Origin: an uncultured Actinomycetes bacterium
GTDB lineage: Bacteria; Actinomycetota; Thermoleophilia; UBA2241
Length of the DNA: 64,000 bases
Reading direction: 5' to 3'
Assembly: GCA_963725665.1 (NCBI GenBank)
Contig: CAVRZA010000002.1
Span: forward strand, 512,001 to 576,000
Below, piece after piece: positions 63,653 through 64,000 of the stretch (positions are counted from its first letter, which is position 1; each line of letters begins with the position of its first letter). Position numbers and translations under genes: made by a program. A model generated the notes under the pieces. That model was not told the DNA's origin. It did no database searches and worked only from the letters and a program-made list of their open reading frames with translations.

Positions 63653-64000
63653 GTGAAGATCATCGTGGTCGGCGCGGGGATCCTTGGGTTCCACGCGGCC
63701 AAGAGGCTTTCCGAGGAAGGCCACGACGTCGTCGTGGTCGACGTGCACGAGGACGAGCTGCGGCACGCTCAGGATCTCCTCGACGTTCAGACGGTGCTCG
63801 GCAAGGGGAGCAACCCCTCGATCCTCGTCGAGGCGGGCCTGCCCACCGCCGACATGCTGGTCGCCGTCACCGGGAGCGATGAGACCAATATCGTCGCCTG
63901 CCTGATCGCGCAGACCGTGTCCAAGAAGGCGGCGCGCGTGGCGCGGCTGCGCGACGCTGCCTACCTCGGCGCCGCCGGCATCATCGACAAGAGCTCGCTC
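63653..64000 (+). CDS. trkA: TrkA-family protein (truncated by window end)
   Basis: GTG 63653: KIIVVGAGILG..AVTGSDETNIVAC. Confidence 0.85.
   Translation, partial: MKIIVVGAGILGFHAAKRLSEEGHDVVVVDVHEDELRHAQDLLDVQTVLGKGSNPSILVEAGLPTADMLVAVTGSDETNIVACLIAQTVSKKAARVARLRDAAYLGAAGIIDKSSL

Overview
A GC-rich bacterial chromosome segment from an anaerobe. Actinomycetota-like traits (leaderless TANNNT-N6-7-start genes, a 6C-like sRNA, a zinc-finger rhomboid) suggest a deep-branching actinobacterium such as Thermoleophilia; this taxonomy is inference. Main finding: a dimethylamine:corrinoid methyltransferase (MtbB) gene is split in the ORF track by an in-frame TAG at 1570-1572, at the conserved pyrrolysine position. 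The window also carries two complete hydrogen-metabolism loci. The first is hdrCBA-mvhDGA (group 3c [NiFe]) with a maturation protease, an unusual GT2-like/Zn-ribbon gene and hypFCDE, but no hypA/hypB. The second is a receiver-hydCBA-kinase-hydG-TM1266-aspA-hydF-hydE [FeFe] cluster whose beta subunit has non-bifurcating, NADH-linked signatures. Other content: five tRNAs, two decayed tRNA-targeted islands, a twin-hairpin C-loop sRNA candidate, an internally deleted copy of the [FeFe]-cluster kinase in front of the [NiFe]-locus regulators, CoA-metabolism genes, a K+-independent H+-PPase, and tandem APC-USP permeases with trkA genes. Several single-base indels look like sequencing or assembly errors. 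All family assignments come from motif recognition by eye; no database searches were run.
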